64,000 nt of DNA from Octopus sinensis (GCF_006345805.1 NC_043017.1:31620001-31684000); one strand, 5' to 3'; positions 38,028 to 52,156 are shown, counted from the stretch's first letter. Notes: generated by a model from the sequence alone, not told the origin. Made by a program: numbers and translations.

Positions 38028-38743
38028 ATAAGAAAGAACTACACGAATAAATTCATGTTCTACTTTTAATCGCCGCTGTGTGTGCTTGAAGACTACCAAA
38101 GCATCTCCAGCATTCTTCCCGTCATTCTTTGTTGAATCTCTTCACCATTTTATCTGAGAATCGTGATCAATGGCCACCATCATGAGGAATGAGAACTTTT
38201 TTCTTAGTTTGACCAGAATTTATTATTATCATTTTTTTTATTTAATGTAAATTCATATCTCACTTCATAAACTTTGTACGAGAAAAAAAAAATCATTGTT
38301 GGAAACGTTCCATGCTTTTTTTCTCTGTGTCTGATAATATAATTAAAATAGAATTAAAAGCGATATTTTATTTTTATAATTTAGCATTAATTTCTCATAA
38401 CTCCGGCAGACAGTTTTAAAATTCCGTTTTTTCATCAGTCTGATGCGGACCAGATATAAAATTGAACTATTGAATAAGCTTATGAATATTTAAAAAGATT
38501 GGTGAAATTCTCCCCTTTCTTTTGTAGATAAAAATAATATAAGCATTTGGAAATGTCTAATGAATATTTGTTCATTCAACGAATATTTACAAAAACTGAT
38601 AAAATTTTTGGTTTATTTAGAAGAAAGATAAATCTTACAGGATATTTTAGCAAAATATATATCTTCTGCCAAATTTAACCGTGTCAGTGGTATCCTGTTT
38701 TTTGTAAATACGATTCTGTAGAAAGCATAGGAATTTATTTCAG

Positions 38744-38810
38744 ACTTTGTTATCTACTCTACAAATGTAGTCAGGCCATCCGAGGCGTCAGCAACATTCA
38801 GTATCTTTGC
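38744..38810 (+). CDS. Candidate 67-nt internal exon (xFVIYSTNVVRPSEASATFSIFA)
   Basis: ATTTATTTCAG| acceptor, |GTATGT donor, one open frame. Confidence 0.3.
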
Positions 38811-38911
38811 GTATGTTGAATTTCTGCAAATTATATCAGAGGGACCTTATATCTATGACAATTGTATAAAAGGCGAAAATTTTCATATCTTAGATTCGTT
38901 TTGTTTTTTAA

Positions 38912-39295
38912 GGCGCAGGCGTGGCTGTGTTGTACGAACCTTGCTTCTCAACCACTCGGTACCAGATTCAGTCTCACTGCGTGGCATCTTGGGCAAGTGT
39001 CTTCCACTATAGCCTCGGGCCGCCCAAAGCCTTGCGGGTGAATATAGTAGACGCAAGCTGAAAGAAACCTGTCGTGTAAACATATATATATATGTGTATG
39101 TGTCGTTTTGTCTGTGTTGCTCCCCACCCTCGCAAGGCAACAGATATTGGTGTATTTATGTCACCGAAACTTAGCTGTGCGGCAAAAGAGTTCGATATAA
39201 TAACTAACACGCTTTAAATAATAGGTACTGGGGTCGATTTGGTCAACTAAAACCCTCGGCCGCAATCGAAAGTGACTGAAACAGGTAATAAAAAA
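38912..39295 (+). mobile_element. Diverged SINE family B
   Basis: GGCGCAGGCGTGGCTGTG head and CTTGGGCAAGT. Confidence 0.8.
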
Positions 39296-39920
39296 TGTAC
39301 TCACACACACAAGTAATAAAAAAGTACTCACACACACACACACACGCACGTTCGCAAACACACACACATGTATAAGTATGTATGTTATGTATGCATGCTA
39401 TGTAAGTATGTATGTATGCCTACCATTTTGACAAAATGGCGTTGTGTGTGTGCTTTAAATATGCTTTAAATGTTTTTCTCTTAGTTTGTGAGTCCCTCCT
39501 ACCTTCACATCGTGAATAAAATGTCGATAGTGATAGCTTATAGCAGTATTTTGAAATGAACTGTCGCAGACGATAAGAACGATGCAACTTACAAAATCGT
39601 CAACATTGGATTTAGCATTGTTCAACTCAAAACCCGCTTACATTCATAGTTTCTTCCCTCTGTGCTGTAGCTGTTTGTTGATTCGGGATTTGTAATTTAA
39701 TGTAAAGAAAGCTTCTACAGTTAATCCTCTGGTTTTGGGGAGGAATTCTTTAAAAGAATAACAGTATTATCGACTCACGTAGCTTTGTTTCCTGTTCTTA
39801 ATTACGGTGTAGTGGAATGGTACTTTGGTGTAAATGAAAGAATACATTATATATATGCGCACTCGTATTTTTTAATTCATAATGTTTGAAAAAGTGTATA
39901 CACACAAACACGCACACATA

Positions 39921-40120
39921 TGAGGTCTGATCAATAAGTATCCGGACTGTTGCCATAGTAACGAGGCTAAAGTAGGTAGAGTAACGCCGCTTATCAAAGA
40001 CTGATTTATGAACTCTGCTGTGCATGCGCACAAAGTTTTAACGTTCTCGCTCTCTTCCGCTGTTTACAGCAGTGCTTGGAAGGAAGGTGTGTAGCGTGTG
40101 ATCGTCGCATTGACCATGAG
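39921..40120 (+). mobile_element. Mariner 5' end fragment
   Basis: TA|TGAGGTCTGATCAATAAGTATCCGGACTG TIR-like start. Confidence 0.6.
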
Positions 40121-40464
40121 AGATAATGTTGTCATAGCGATACCTGCTCAGATACCACTAATTAGTGGTTTGGAGTTTGGCTGCTCTTTCTAGTGAGTCG
40201 GATGTCCTATTATGGCCATCCCTTATATGTTTGAATGTGTACATATTACATGTACATCTATATATATACATCTACACATAAAATACAAAATACAAAGTTA
40301 TATCTTGATATCGCTAGTGATAACAATACTCAAAATATATAACAAACTGGAATTGTAGGCCCGTCTCTTGCAATTTCGATCAATTGTATCTTGTCCTCCC
40401 TCTTCTATAGAAGTGTGGCTACAATCCAGCCTACCTCTACTTCTGGGGTGGGGGGGTCATTTTA

Positions 40465-40762
40465 AATTTTTATCCGGGACGTCCTACGTCCCAGATATAA
40501 AGGTGAAAATAAAATATTTCCACTTTGCAAGGTTCGAGTCGAGTACTCCCTTGACTCGAACCTTGCATCTATTGTGGCGAATTTACCGCCTCTGGTTAGA
40601 TATCTTTCATAGTCGCACCAAGACACTTTTCGAAGGTGCGAGAAAGGCATGTGTAAAATTTAGATGAAATTGGTTGTGTAGTTCTCAAGTTTTAGGGAAA
40701 CACACAGACAGACAGACAGACAGACACACACACACACACATTCTCAGTTTTATATATAGAGA
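40465..40762. mobile_element. Hairpin-rich interspersed element ending in (CAGA)n(CA)n...TATATATAGA
   Basis: 18-bp stem at 40526-40567 plus three shorter stems; the tail resembles Helitron/Helentron-derived elements. Confidence 0.4.
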
Positions 40763-40817
40763 GATGATTATCAAAGTCTCTCGTGTCTTTCAGTAGTAAT
40801 TTATTATTAAAATGTTA

Positions 40818-41000
40818 TTGTGGTCGTGTAGGTAAGAAGCTTGCTACACAAACACATTGTCTTAGGTTCAGTCCTGCTGTGAGGCACTTTAGTAGTCTAC
40901 TAAACCCGAATTGAGCAATGGCATGTGAGTCAATTTGGTTGCTGAAAACTGCTTGGAAGCCCACCGTGCGTGTATGTGTGCCTATGTGCACGTGCATGTG

Positions 41001-41035
<35 letters not shown>

Positions 41036-41235
41036 GCGCGTTGTTGTATTGTATTTGTCTCCTATCGCCACGCAGCAACCGATGTTGGCTTGTTTGCGAC
41101 CCCGTAGCATAGCGGTTCGGCTAAAGACAAAGCTATAAGTACCAGACTTAAATAATAAGTACTGCGATCGATTTCATCGGCTAAAGCTTTTAAAACACTG
41201 CTCCAGCATGGCCGCAGTCCAATGACTGAAACATT
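40818..41235 (+). mobile_element. Diverged SINE family B
   Basis: GGTTCAGTCC and CTCCAGCATGGCCGCAGTC motifs. Confidence 0.75.
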
Positions 41236-41346
41236 TAATCCTTTTATAACGTATATATAAGATTATTTGTGCTGTGGAATTCAAAGTCTGCACTCTCAAT
41301 AAGATGTGTGTGCAGGGGTATGTATGTACATATGTATGTATGTATG

Positions 41347-41441
<95 letters not shown>

Positions 41442-41454
41442 TATATATAGCCGT

Positions 41455-42095
41455 AAAAACTAATATAGGTAAGGAATTCTTGAAATTAGTCTCTATGCAT
41501 TTTAAGCAGGACCATAAATTCTATAGAATATTTATTAGAAGAACCCTTATGATTAGCTATTCTTGTTGGAATTTCGCCTCTTACATTAGCCAGCATAATA
41601 GGAATCTGATTGATATTAAGCATGGTGCCGATCCCCTTAAGAAATGCAATTGTAAAGATAAATCCTCCTGTCCGTTGGAAGGGAAATGTTTGGTAAAAGG
41701 GGTCGTTTAAGCCAAGGTGCAAATAGAAGGCTCATCGGAATACAAGACCTATACAGGGGCTTCGGAAAATTCATTTAAAACGCGATTTTATTCGCATAAA
41801 AATTCAGTTAGATACCCAGAAAATAGGAAGAAGACCAGCATAGCAGAATATGTCTGGGGACTAAAAGAAAAGGAAGCTCCCCCACCTTTCAACGCGACAT
41901 GGAGCATTCTGGACAGAGCAGCACCATACTGACACGGGGCACACAAGAAAAATTTTAAATGCAATCTTTGTCTGTTAGAAAAATTTTATATTTTGTTCAA
42001 AGACAATAATTCTTTGAATCAAAGAAGCGAACTGTTGAACTCATGCAGGCACGCAACCAAATTTAAAATGTCAAAAATATCCCATATGGATAGAG
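41455..42095 (+). pseudogene. Penelope-like element 3' fragment: Cys-rich linker and GIY-YIG endonuclease
   Basis: CNCKDKSSCPLEGKCL, VV*, YTG, FKTRFYSH, CNLCLLEK, LNQRSEL..SCRH; in-frame stops at 41708 and 41930. Confidence 0.9.
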
Positions 42096-42425
42096 TATAT
42101 TTTGTCTTTTTGAATTTTTGATTCTTGGACTAGTCCGTAATCAACCGATGGATTTGATTCGCGCTATGCAGATTTCATTCTGTGTAGCAAAGTCTTGTGC
42201 ATATATTTTGTTTATATTTCTACATATTCCTTATTCTGTCTACCTATCTATCTGTCTGTCTGTCTGTCTGTCTGCCTGTCTGCCTGTCTATCTGACTTTC
42301 TCCTTCACTTATACGCATTTGATACTGGGTAACCGGGTTTATGAATATAATTATACACATACATGCATGGACATATGTGTGTATGTGTATGTACATACAA
42401 TATACACATATGTGTATATATAAAT

Positions 42426-42655
42426 ATTTCTTTATTGCCCACAAGGGGCTAAACACACAGGGGACAAACAAGGACAGACAAAGGGATTAAGTTGATTACA
42501 TCGAACCCCCAGTGCGAAACTGGTACTTTATTTATCGACCCCGAAAGGATGAAAGGCAAAGTCGACCTCGGCGGAATTTGAACTCAGACCGTAACGACAG
42601 ACGAAATACCGCTAAGCATTTCGCCCGGCGCGCTAACGAGTCTGCCAGCACGCAA
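42426..42655 (-). mobile_element. SINE family A monomer
   Basis: Full consensus match. Confidence 0.9.
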
Positions 42656-42792
42656 CCTATATGTGTATATATATAAACACACAAACATACACATATATGT
42701 CTCTCTATGCATATATGTGTGTGTGTATATATATATATACACACATATATGTGCATATATGTTTGTATATACAAACGCACATATACACACAT

Positions 42793-42916
<124 letters not shown>

Positions 42917-43543
42917 CTATATGATCGGACTCCAAAGAGACTGATGAGTGTCTATGTCGGCAAGAGTTGATTTATTAAGGAAGCGCGATAGAAAGAATAC
43001 AGAATATTAGCCGTGGGGAATGGAAGACTCTATCATCCGAGACAGTCCTTCTTCAGGGAAAAGTTGACAGGAGAGAAATTAATGAGAGACGGCAGATTTT
43101 AAAATGAACACTTTAGACAATTATACACGTCTCACCCTTCGACTTACTTCTCAACTTATCTTTTCCTTTTACCTCTTACTCGATTTTGCTCGCTTCTCAG
43201 CCTCATTCTATTCTTCTTTCCTCCAATAGACTCGCGTTCCTTATCAGCTGCAGCCAGACGTTCTACCTTTTCAATTTTTCTGTGAAGAAGAACACTGTCC
43301 GAAACGTTAGTTTTTCTTTTTACTCTCTACCGCATGTTCACTGTACTATGCCGATCTTTCTTTCTGTTTCTCTATCATACACACAAACACACACATATAC
43401 TTACATACATATGCATATATATATAATATATATATATATATTATATATATATATATATATATATTCCTGAGCGCCGTACTAATACAATTGTTTGTTTGTA
43501 CTCCACCTGCCTTCGTCTTTTGTTTATTTTCATAAAGCTTCCC

Positions 43544-43586
<43 letters not shown>

Positions 43587-44116
43587 ATAGGTGTATCTTT
43601 CAAATTCCTTCTCTTTGGTGCGCTGATTCGGCCCTTATTTAATTATATATATATATATATATAAAATATGAATTAGAGATAAAAGCACTGTTATGCAACT
43701 CAAACAGTGACAGACATAAACCAATACATAAATAAAAAATAGTATATATAATTAATATACTACTACTAATATAGGATGAAGTTTTTTTACAGAAAAAATT
43801 CCATCAAAAAATGTGCCGCATATTAAAATACCTTTAAGGTTAAAATTATAAACAACTATAAGTTGTTTATAATTTATATATATATAGATATATATATATA
43901 TATAATTAAAATATATATATATCTGTAAAGAATTTATGATAAAATGAAAATAATGCTAATCACAAAACAAATAATAAATAAAGGTCGAAGATTAGAAACT
44001 GATATTTCCATCGTTACGACCTCCTCTTCAGGAAATTTCGGAGATAGCTGATGCCGCTGCTGTGTGGTGTTTATGGAGGGTTGTTTCGCTTTGCTATAGC
44101 AGCCACTGAGCTGCGT

Positions 44117-44157
<41 letters not shown>

Positions 44158-44194
44158 ACTCTCTCTCTCTCTCTCTTTCTCTGCATGTGCGTAT

Positions 44195-44416
44195 GTGTGT
44201 GTGCCTGCGTTTCAGTGTCTCCTTCTACTACCATTTGATGACCGGTGATGGTTTGTTTGTTTACCACATCACTTTGTGGTTCGGCAAAAGTTATCCATTG
44301 TATACGAACACGAATTTTTAAATAATTGCTGGTGTCGATTTTTTCAAGTATACAGCTAATGTAGGTTCCCCGCCATAGCTGCGGTCCTAGTGACTGAAGC
44401 AAGTAAAAGACACAAG

Positions 44417-44464
<48 letters not shown>

Positions 44465-44593
44465 CACGATCTCAGGTTCAGTCCCATTTCGTGGTATCTT
44501 GCACAAGTGTCTTTAATTGTAGCCTCGATCCGACCAAAGACTTGCGAGTGGATTCGGTAAGTGGAAATTGAAAGAAGCATGCCGTATATACAT

Positions 44594-44629
<36 letters not shown>

Positions 44630-44850
44630 GCCCTTGACTCTATGTTTAGCCAACCACCATCACCGTTTGACAACCGGTTTTAGTGCGTTTACATCCGAGT
44701 AACGTAGAGGTTCGGTAAAAGAGTACGATAGAATAAGTATCTGGTTTTAAAAACATAAGTATTCGGGTCGATCCATTCGACAGTTATCTCTTCAAGTCGG
44801 TGCTCCAACATAGCTGCAGTATAATGATAGAATCAAATAGAAGGTAAAAA
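44195..44850 (+). mobile_element. Two old SINE B copies
   Basis: About 44195-44410 (3' half) and about 44470-44850. Confidence 0.65.
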
Positions 44851-45349
44851 ATAAAAGATATACACACACATAATATATATATATATTTATATAATTTTAA
44901 GTACTATTTTAAGTACTGATATGTCTAGTATTGATTGGCACATCCCTGAAACGGCCCGTAGATGATGGACTTCCGTATAACTTATATTTTTGTAAGCTTG
45001 TATGTGTATTATATTTTATGTACTATTCGCCGGAATTTTACTCGTGTCTTGATATGCTATATTTTTATATTATCACTATATTTATTTCTCTTATCCTAAC
45101 AGTTTTAAGCGTGTTATTTGCAAAATTTATATTTATATTTATATTTATTTTTATATTTATATTTGTATTTATATTTTTATTTGTATATGATACTTATATA
45201 TTACTGTATTTTTAAATTTCTAATATGGCGGACTGTAGAGTAGAGATATAACTAGATATAAGATTTGCATGTGTTTGGCCTATCTTTGAATTTGTGGTGT
45301 TCCTGTGGTTGTTTGCTCCTATTGCCTCCCCTTGGATAAAAAGTATATC

Positions 45350-45387
<38 letters not shown>

Positions 45388-45391
45388 TATA

Positions 45392-45429
<38 letters not shown>

Positions 45430-45620
45430 GGGCATTACTATACATAAATGCCTCACGCTAGGAGGTGGGGCTGTCATGTGTAATGAATTTTAATTACCTT
45501 TATCTCATGATATCTGAAAAGAAACAGCAATTTTTGCAAAACATATTAAGCAACACTAATGATAAATAAAAAAAAAACATGAAAGTCCCTAGCGTGAGGC
45601 ATTTATGTGTAGTAATGCCC
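45430..45620. mobile_element. 191-bp MITE, 33-bp TIRs, TTAA flanks (Kolobok-like)
   Basis: TTAA|GGGCATTACTATACATAAATGCCTCACGCTAGG...CCTAGCGTGAGGCATTTATGTGTAGTAATGCCC|TTAA. Confidence 0.8.
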
Positions 45621-45732
45621 TTAATATAAATAAATATATTTAAAGGAAAAAATTAATAAATTTTTTCCTTATGAGGTTTTTCACGCTAACTACTTGATAA
45701 TTTCTTATAAAGATTTTATCCTTTTTTAAAAC

Positions 45733-45781
<49 letters not shown>

Positions 45782-46022
45782 GCATATATAATCTTCTATA
45801 TATTTGTAAAAAGGGTGGATGTTGTCTCGTGCATTTGTGCAGGCAAAATTGTTAGTAAATGTGGTCGGATTGACCTGAAAATTTGCACACCTAAGTTTAA
45901 AGTGCTGGGGATTTGCAAGGTAACGTTGTTTGCTCAATTGAAAGGTGTGGCCTCTAGGGCAAAATTCCTCATCTTTAAAATGTGGCCCGAGTAGACCCGA
46001 ATGAAATCGGGTTATATATTAT

Positions 46023-46053
<31 letters not shown>

Positions 46054-46069
46054 TATATATTATATATAT

Positions 46070-46112
<43 letters not shown>

Positions 46113-46133
46113 GTGTGTATATATATATATATA

Positions 46134-47327
46134 CAGGGGTTGAACAAAATAATGGAACACCTTAAAATTTCAAACAAATTTATTTTAATACGGTGTAGGA
46201 CCGCCTTTGGCAGTAATTACAGCTTCAATTCTACGAGTTATGGACTCGTACAAAGTTTGAATTGTTTCCAAAGGAATTTTTGTCCATTCTTCAGCTAAAA
46301 CAGTCTCCAGTTCTTGTAGTGATGTTGGTGGAGGATATCGCCTCCTTACTTGAGATTTGGGGACTGTGGTGGCCAGATAAGATTTTCAACTTCACTAGAA
46401 TGTTCCTCGTGCCATACAGTAACAACTTTAGCTGTGTGAATTGGCGCATTATCATCCTGTGTGAATTGGCGCATTATAATCCGGAAAGAGTTCCGCAACT
46501 CTGATGAATCTGATAATATAAAATGCTTAAATAGTCTTTACTATTAATTCTGACATGAAGGGAAACCATTGGGCCGGCGGATTTCCAAGATATAGCCCCC
46601 CCCCCACCAGATCATCACAGATCCTCCTCCACGTTTAACAGCTGAAAGAAGGCAGTCTGGGTCAAATGCTTCTTTTGGCTGTCTCCACACGTATACTCAG
46701 CCGGTGGTCGGAAATAAACTAAAGAATGACTCGTCCGAGAAAATACCATTCCAGTTCTCCACTCTAAACGCTTTGCAACGTTTGTTTTTGAAAGTAATGG
46801 TTTTCTGATTCCAGCCCTCTCGTGAAATCCCGCTTTGTGCTGCTCCTGGCGAACAATTTTTGTGGAAACTGGGTTCTCGAGGTGGTCATTAAACTCTGCA
46901 GTAATTTTGAGGGCTCTACGTTTGTGATCCTTTCTAGCAATTTGCGTAAGAGGCCGACGGTGCCTGTCTGAAAGTTTTGGTTTTTCTTCCGGAGGTTTTA
47001 CCATTTCTCAAAGGTTGTCATTAGTTTCGAGACAGTACTTCTTGATACACCAAACATTTCGGCTGTTTTCGTTACGCTGGCGCCTGCACTACGTGCACCA
47101 ACAATTTAACCTCTTTGAAAGTCCGATAGATCTGTCATTTTAATTAATTTTAATTACCTTTTTCTGATGATATCTGAAAAGAAACAGCAATTTTAGCAAA
47201 ACATATTAAGCAACACTAATGATAAATCAAAAAACCTAAAAATAAACAATATTTTGACGGTTTTATAGATATTTCAAAATTATGATGCTATGATGCTTGG
47301 CGTTTCCATTATTTTGTCAAACTCCTG
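46134..47327 (-). pseudogene. Complete but defective Tc1-family transposon (1194 bp)
   Basis: TA TSD; about 26-bp TIRs CAGG(G/A)GTT...CAAAATAATGGAA; HTH region (RKPLLSKTN), SDES, QDDNAPIH and WPPQSPNL motifs with frameshifts and a deletion. Confidence 0.92.
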
Positions 47328-47504
47328 TATGTACACACACACACTCACACACACACAACACACACACACACACACATACGCATATATATATATATATATG
47401 TAATACAAATCCCAACGCACTCGTTCATCTCCGGACAAAGAAATACTTGACAGATAGTCTGGCAAATTTCAAGAGAACTGAAATTGGAATCTGTTTCACA
47501 ACAA

Positions 47505-47902
47505 GCTGTGTGGTAAGTAGCTTGCTTACCAACCACATGGTTCCGGGTTCAGTCCCACTGCGTGGTACCTTGGGCAAGTGTCTTCTACTATAGCCTCGGG
47601 CCGACCAATGCCTTGTGAGTGGATTTGGTCGACGGAAACTGAAAGAAGCCCGTCGTATATATGTATATATATGTATGTGTATATGTTTGTGTGTCTGTGT
47701 TTGTCCCCCACCAACATCGCTTCACAACCGATGCTGGTGTGTTTACGTCCCCGTAACTTAGCGGTTCGGCAAAAGAGACCGAAAGAATAAGTACTAGGCT
47801 TACAAAGAATAAATCCCGGGGTCGATTTGCTCGACTAAAAGGCGGTGCTCCAGCATGGCCACAGTCAAATGACTGAAACAAGTAAAAGAGTAAAAGAGAG
47901 TA
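47505..47902 (+). mobile_element. SINE family B
   Basis: Near full-length copy. Confidence 0.9.
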
Positions 47903-48432
47903 AGCCCCTAACAATTGTATTTAAGCTGTATTCTTTCGTTATTAGTATACTTTTTTTACAGTCGCAACGTTGCTCTCCCAAGCAATCCGTAATTTTTGGT
48001 CTCTTTGCTCGATTGAAAAGAAGTTTAAATGTATTATATAAATATTGCAAAATTAAACTATTTGAAAAATGCCATTCTAAAAAAAGGAGAATTTATCTAC
48101 ATTTTATTGTGAACATGAACAGGCGGGGGAAATGCGTAACTAGGAATGGAAATTATGCTGAAAGGACTTTAATTTCCTTTTAAAGATTGGAATTTCTTTA
48201 TACAATAGTTCTTTCGGTTAGTCTTTTTCCTTCAAGTTTTTTCTTCTTTTAACTCAGACAAGGCATGGACCTCTTTTTTGGGCAATCTTCGTATGTGAAT
48301 AGATGCGCGTCGATTCGCACACGCACATGCATAGACACATACATGTGTGTAGGTATGTGTACATATATATACATATACATATGTATATATATATATATAT
48401 ATACATACATATGTAATATATATATATATAAT

Positions 48433-48755
48433 ATAGTAATACTAAGCAATAAGGGTTCAGCAACGAATTGCCTTACCAATACCGAATTTAGAAAAGTCAG
48501 TCAAAGGGTTATAGCTATTTCTTCTACTACTGTGTATGTGTATATGTATATATATATATACATTATACAGGTGTGCATGATATATATATTATATATATAT
48601 ATACATTCTAATATGTATATATAATATATATATATATAATATAGTAATACTAAGCAATAAGGGTTCAGCAACGAATTGCCTTACCAATACCGAATTTAGA
48701 AAAGTCAGTCAAAGGGTTATAGCTATTTCTTCTACTACTGTGTATGTGTATATGT
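48433..48755. repeat. Direct duplication of an about 115-bp unique block, period 208 bp
   Basis: ATAGTAATACTAAGCAATAAGGG...CTACTACTGTGTATG at 48433 and 48641. Confidence 0.9.
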
Positions 48756-48838
48756 ATATATATTATATACATATATACATGTGTGCATGTATTATATATA
48801 TATATATAATATACATATATACATATGTATATTATATA

Positions 48839-48878
<40 letters not shown>

Positions 48879-49105
48879 ATATGTGTATATATAACATATA
48901 TATACATATATATTACACAGATACATACATATACATTAGATACAGATTGATACAGATGCAGATATAGATATGTACCTATATGTGTGTTTATTTGTGTGTA
49001 CCTGTTAGTGTGCAATCATACCTATATGCATACCTATATGTATACGTGTCTATCTGTATTTCTATCTCTGGTTTCCACACTCACTCCCCTCTCTCTCTCT
49101 CTCTC

Positions 49106-49141
<36 letters not shown>

Positions 49142-49369
49142 TTGTTACTTGGTGTTTTTGAACTCATTTCAGAAATTAAAAGTCATCTTCTTTTCAATGC
49201 TCTTCTGGTAAATGGCGATGTCATTCTTTCTCTATTCTCCTCCCAAACGCTGGCCTATACACTTGTTTAAAAAAAAACACTTACAGCATTCCTGTAGCGC
49301 GATGAAATATTCCTTCAAGAAAAAAAAAAGGAGTGGCTTCTTTCTTTTTTTTTTTCCTTTCTTTTCATA

Positions 49370-49654
49370 GCCGCAGGAGTGGCTGTGTGGTAAGTAGCTT
49401 GCTTACCAACCACATGGTTCCGGGTTCAGTCCCACTGCGTGGCATCTTAGGCAAGTGTCTTCTGCTATAGCCCCGGGCCGACCAAAGCCTTGTGAGTGGA
49501 TTTGGTAGACGGAAACTGAAAAGAAGCCCGTCGTATATATGTATATATATATATATACGGGGTGGCGTCATTCAAAGGCTAAAACAATGCGAATGCATTG
49601 TGACCAGCGATGTGTAACAACATCTGATGGTCTGATCGGTCACGTGATCACGTG

Positions 49655-49697
<43 letters not shown>

Positions 49698-49955
49698 TGT
49701 GTGTTGTGTGTGTGTGTGTGCGTGCGTGTCTGTTTGTGCGTCTGTGTTTGTCCCCCTAGCATTGGTTGAAAACCGATGCTGGTGTGTTTATGTCCCTGTC
49801 ACTTAGCGGTTCGGCAAAAGAGCCCGATAGAATAAGTACTGGGCTTACAAAAGAATAAGTCCCGGGGTCGAGTTGCTCGACTAAAAGGCGGTGCTCCAGC
49901 ATGGCCACCGCAGTCAAATGACTGAAACAAGTAAAAGAGTAAAAAAGAGAGTAAG
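49370..49955 (+). mobile_element. SINE B with a SINE E 3' fragment (49558-49655) nested in its microsatellite
   Basis: The two halves of B are separated by GGGGTGGCGTC...GTCACGTGATCACGTG. Confidence 0.85.
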
Positions 49956-51120
49956 AGCAAGGATGTCTGCAGTAAGAAGCAATAGAGTAAGGAGAGAGGG
50001 AGAGCAGGAGCTACGTAATTACGATCTGAGGAGAAAAGAGAAGATAGAAGCTTGTCAAAGATGGACGAAAAACCGTTTTGGTGAAATGGAATGGAATGAA
50101 AACGGTTGAGAATTTTTGTTATTGATGTTGTTGTCGTTGTTGTTGTTGTTTGTTGCTTTGTTTCAGGTCAACGGTAATCGAGTCGACTTAAGATCAAAGT
50201 CATTTTAGTCGAAACATGTTTTTTCTTATAGTTTTAATAATTTCTAGGACTACATTTTTTAGGGTTTTTTTATTTTCTTCTATATTAATACAAGAGTAGT
50301 ATGTGGCTTGAGGGAGGATTGTCTGCTCTCTTGAGCTATCTAAGTGGCCATGTGACTGTGTAGAAGGGACCGCGAGTGGTTGCCCAAGAACATCTAGGTT
50401 GAGATACGATGAAAGAAAGATCACTAAATACCCAATGATTCTAGAACATAATGTACCAAAAAAACGGGGAAAAATACGAAAAACTCAAGAATAAATCTAT
50501 ATAAACATAAAATAAAACACGGATAAATATTACTGAATGAAATTAACTTCCAAACGAAAGAGGAAGAACGAAGTACATGGGGAATTATAATAGCAGAAAA
50601 ATATTAAGTAGGGACGGAAGAAGAGGGAGAAGATCGTGGTGGAAATATGAAGGTCAGCATTTGGCCATCGTTGACCTTTAACGCATAAAGTGTAATGTAA
50701 AATTTTAAAAAAATATAAGATAAAAGTTTAGAAAATATGCTTTAGAAAGACATCAAAGCTAGGTTGAGCGAGATAAGGGGCAAAAAAAAATGAAAGAAGA
50801 AAAGAGAAGGAAAGGAAAATGCAGTGAGGGAGTGGGGGGAGGATAAGGGGCGATTGGTGTGATAACAAACTTATGGAAAGTAATATTGCTTACTTCGTCA
50901 ATTTTCCGGTTTAAACCGGGCCCCAAGTTTCTGATGCTTTTGTTCAGCTCTGATCGAACCGAACTATTGATCATAGATCTTGATTAATGATCAAGTAAAC
51001 TTATTGATCGAGCAAATAGTCGACCACAACAATGAATCAAAGACATTCCTACTGTGCCCATCACGTTATTTTTCATTCAGCTATATATTGTATCTACGAC
51101 TACCTACTTTTTTATAAGGC

Positions 51121-51455
51121 ATGACTATGCGGTAAGTAGCTTGCTTCCCAGCCATGTGGTTCCGGGTTCAGTCCCACTGCATGGCACCTTGGGCAAGTGT
51201 CTTCTACTATAGCCTCGGGCTGACTAAAGCCTTGGGAGTGGATATACTGGAGTGAGTGGATAGACTGAAACTGAAAGAAGCCCGTTGTATACATACATAC
51301 ATACATACATACATGCATACATACATGCATACATACATGCATACATACATACATGCATGCATATATACATACTTGCATACATACATACATACATACATAC
51401 ATACATGCATACATACATACATATATACATGCATACATACATACATACATACTTG

Positions 51456-51487
<32 letters not shown>

Positions 51488-51828
51488 CATGCATACATAC
51501 ATACATGCATACATACATACATACATACATACCTACATACATACATATATACATGCATACATACATACATGCATACATACATACATACATACATAATACA
51601 TACATACATAATACATGCATACATACATACATACATACATACACACATACATACATACTACATACATACATACATACATACATACATGCATACATACATG
51701 CATACATACATGCATACATACATACATGCATGCATATATACATACTTGCATACATACATACATACATACATACATACATGCATACATACATACATATATA
51801 CATGCATACATACATACATACATACTTG

Positions 51829-51860
<32 letters not shown>

Positions 51861-51890
51861 CATGCATACATACATACATGCATACATACA

Positions 51891-51924
<34 letters not shown>

Positions 51925-51950
51925 CATGCATACATACATACATGCATACA

Positions 51951-51984
<34 letters not shown>

Positions 51985-52032
51985 CATGCATACATACATA
52001 CATACATACATACACACATACATACATACTTG

Positions 52033-52064
<32 letters not shown>

Positions 52065-52122
52065 CATATATACATACATACATGCATATATACATGAATA
52101 CATACATACATGCATACATACA

Positions 52123-52156
<34 letters not shown>

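Noticed and set aside
43283-43315. Other hammerhead-like motifs (43283, minus 44030, 19744, 42941, 44945)
   Set aside because: Core incomplete or helix I does not pair; at most decayed relics.
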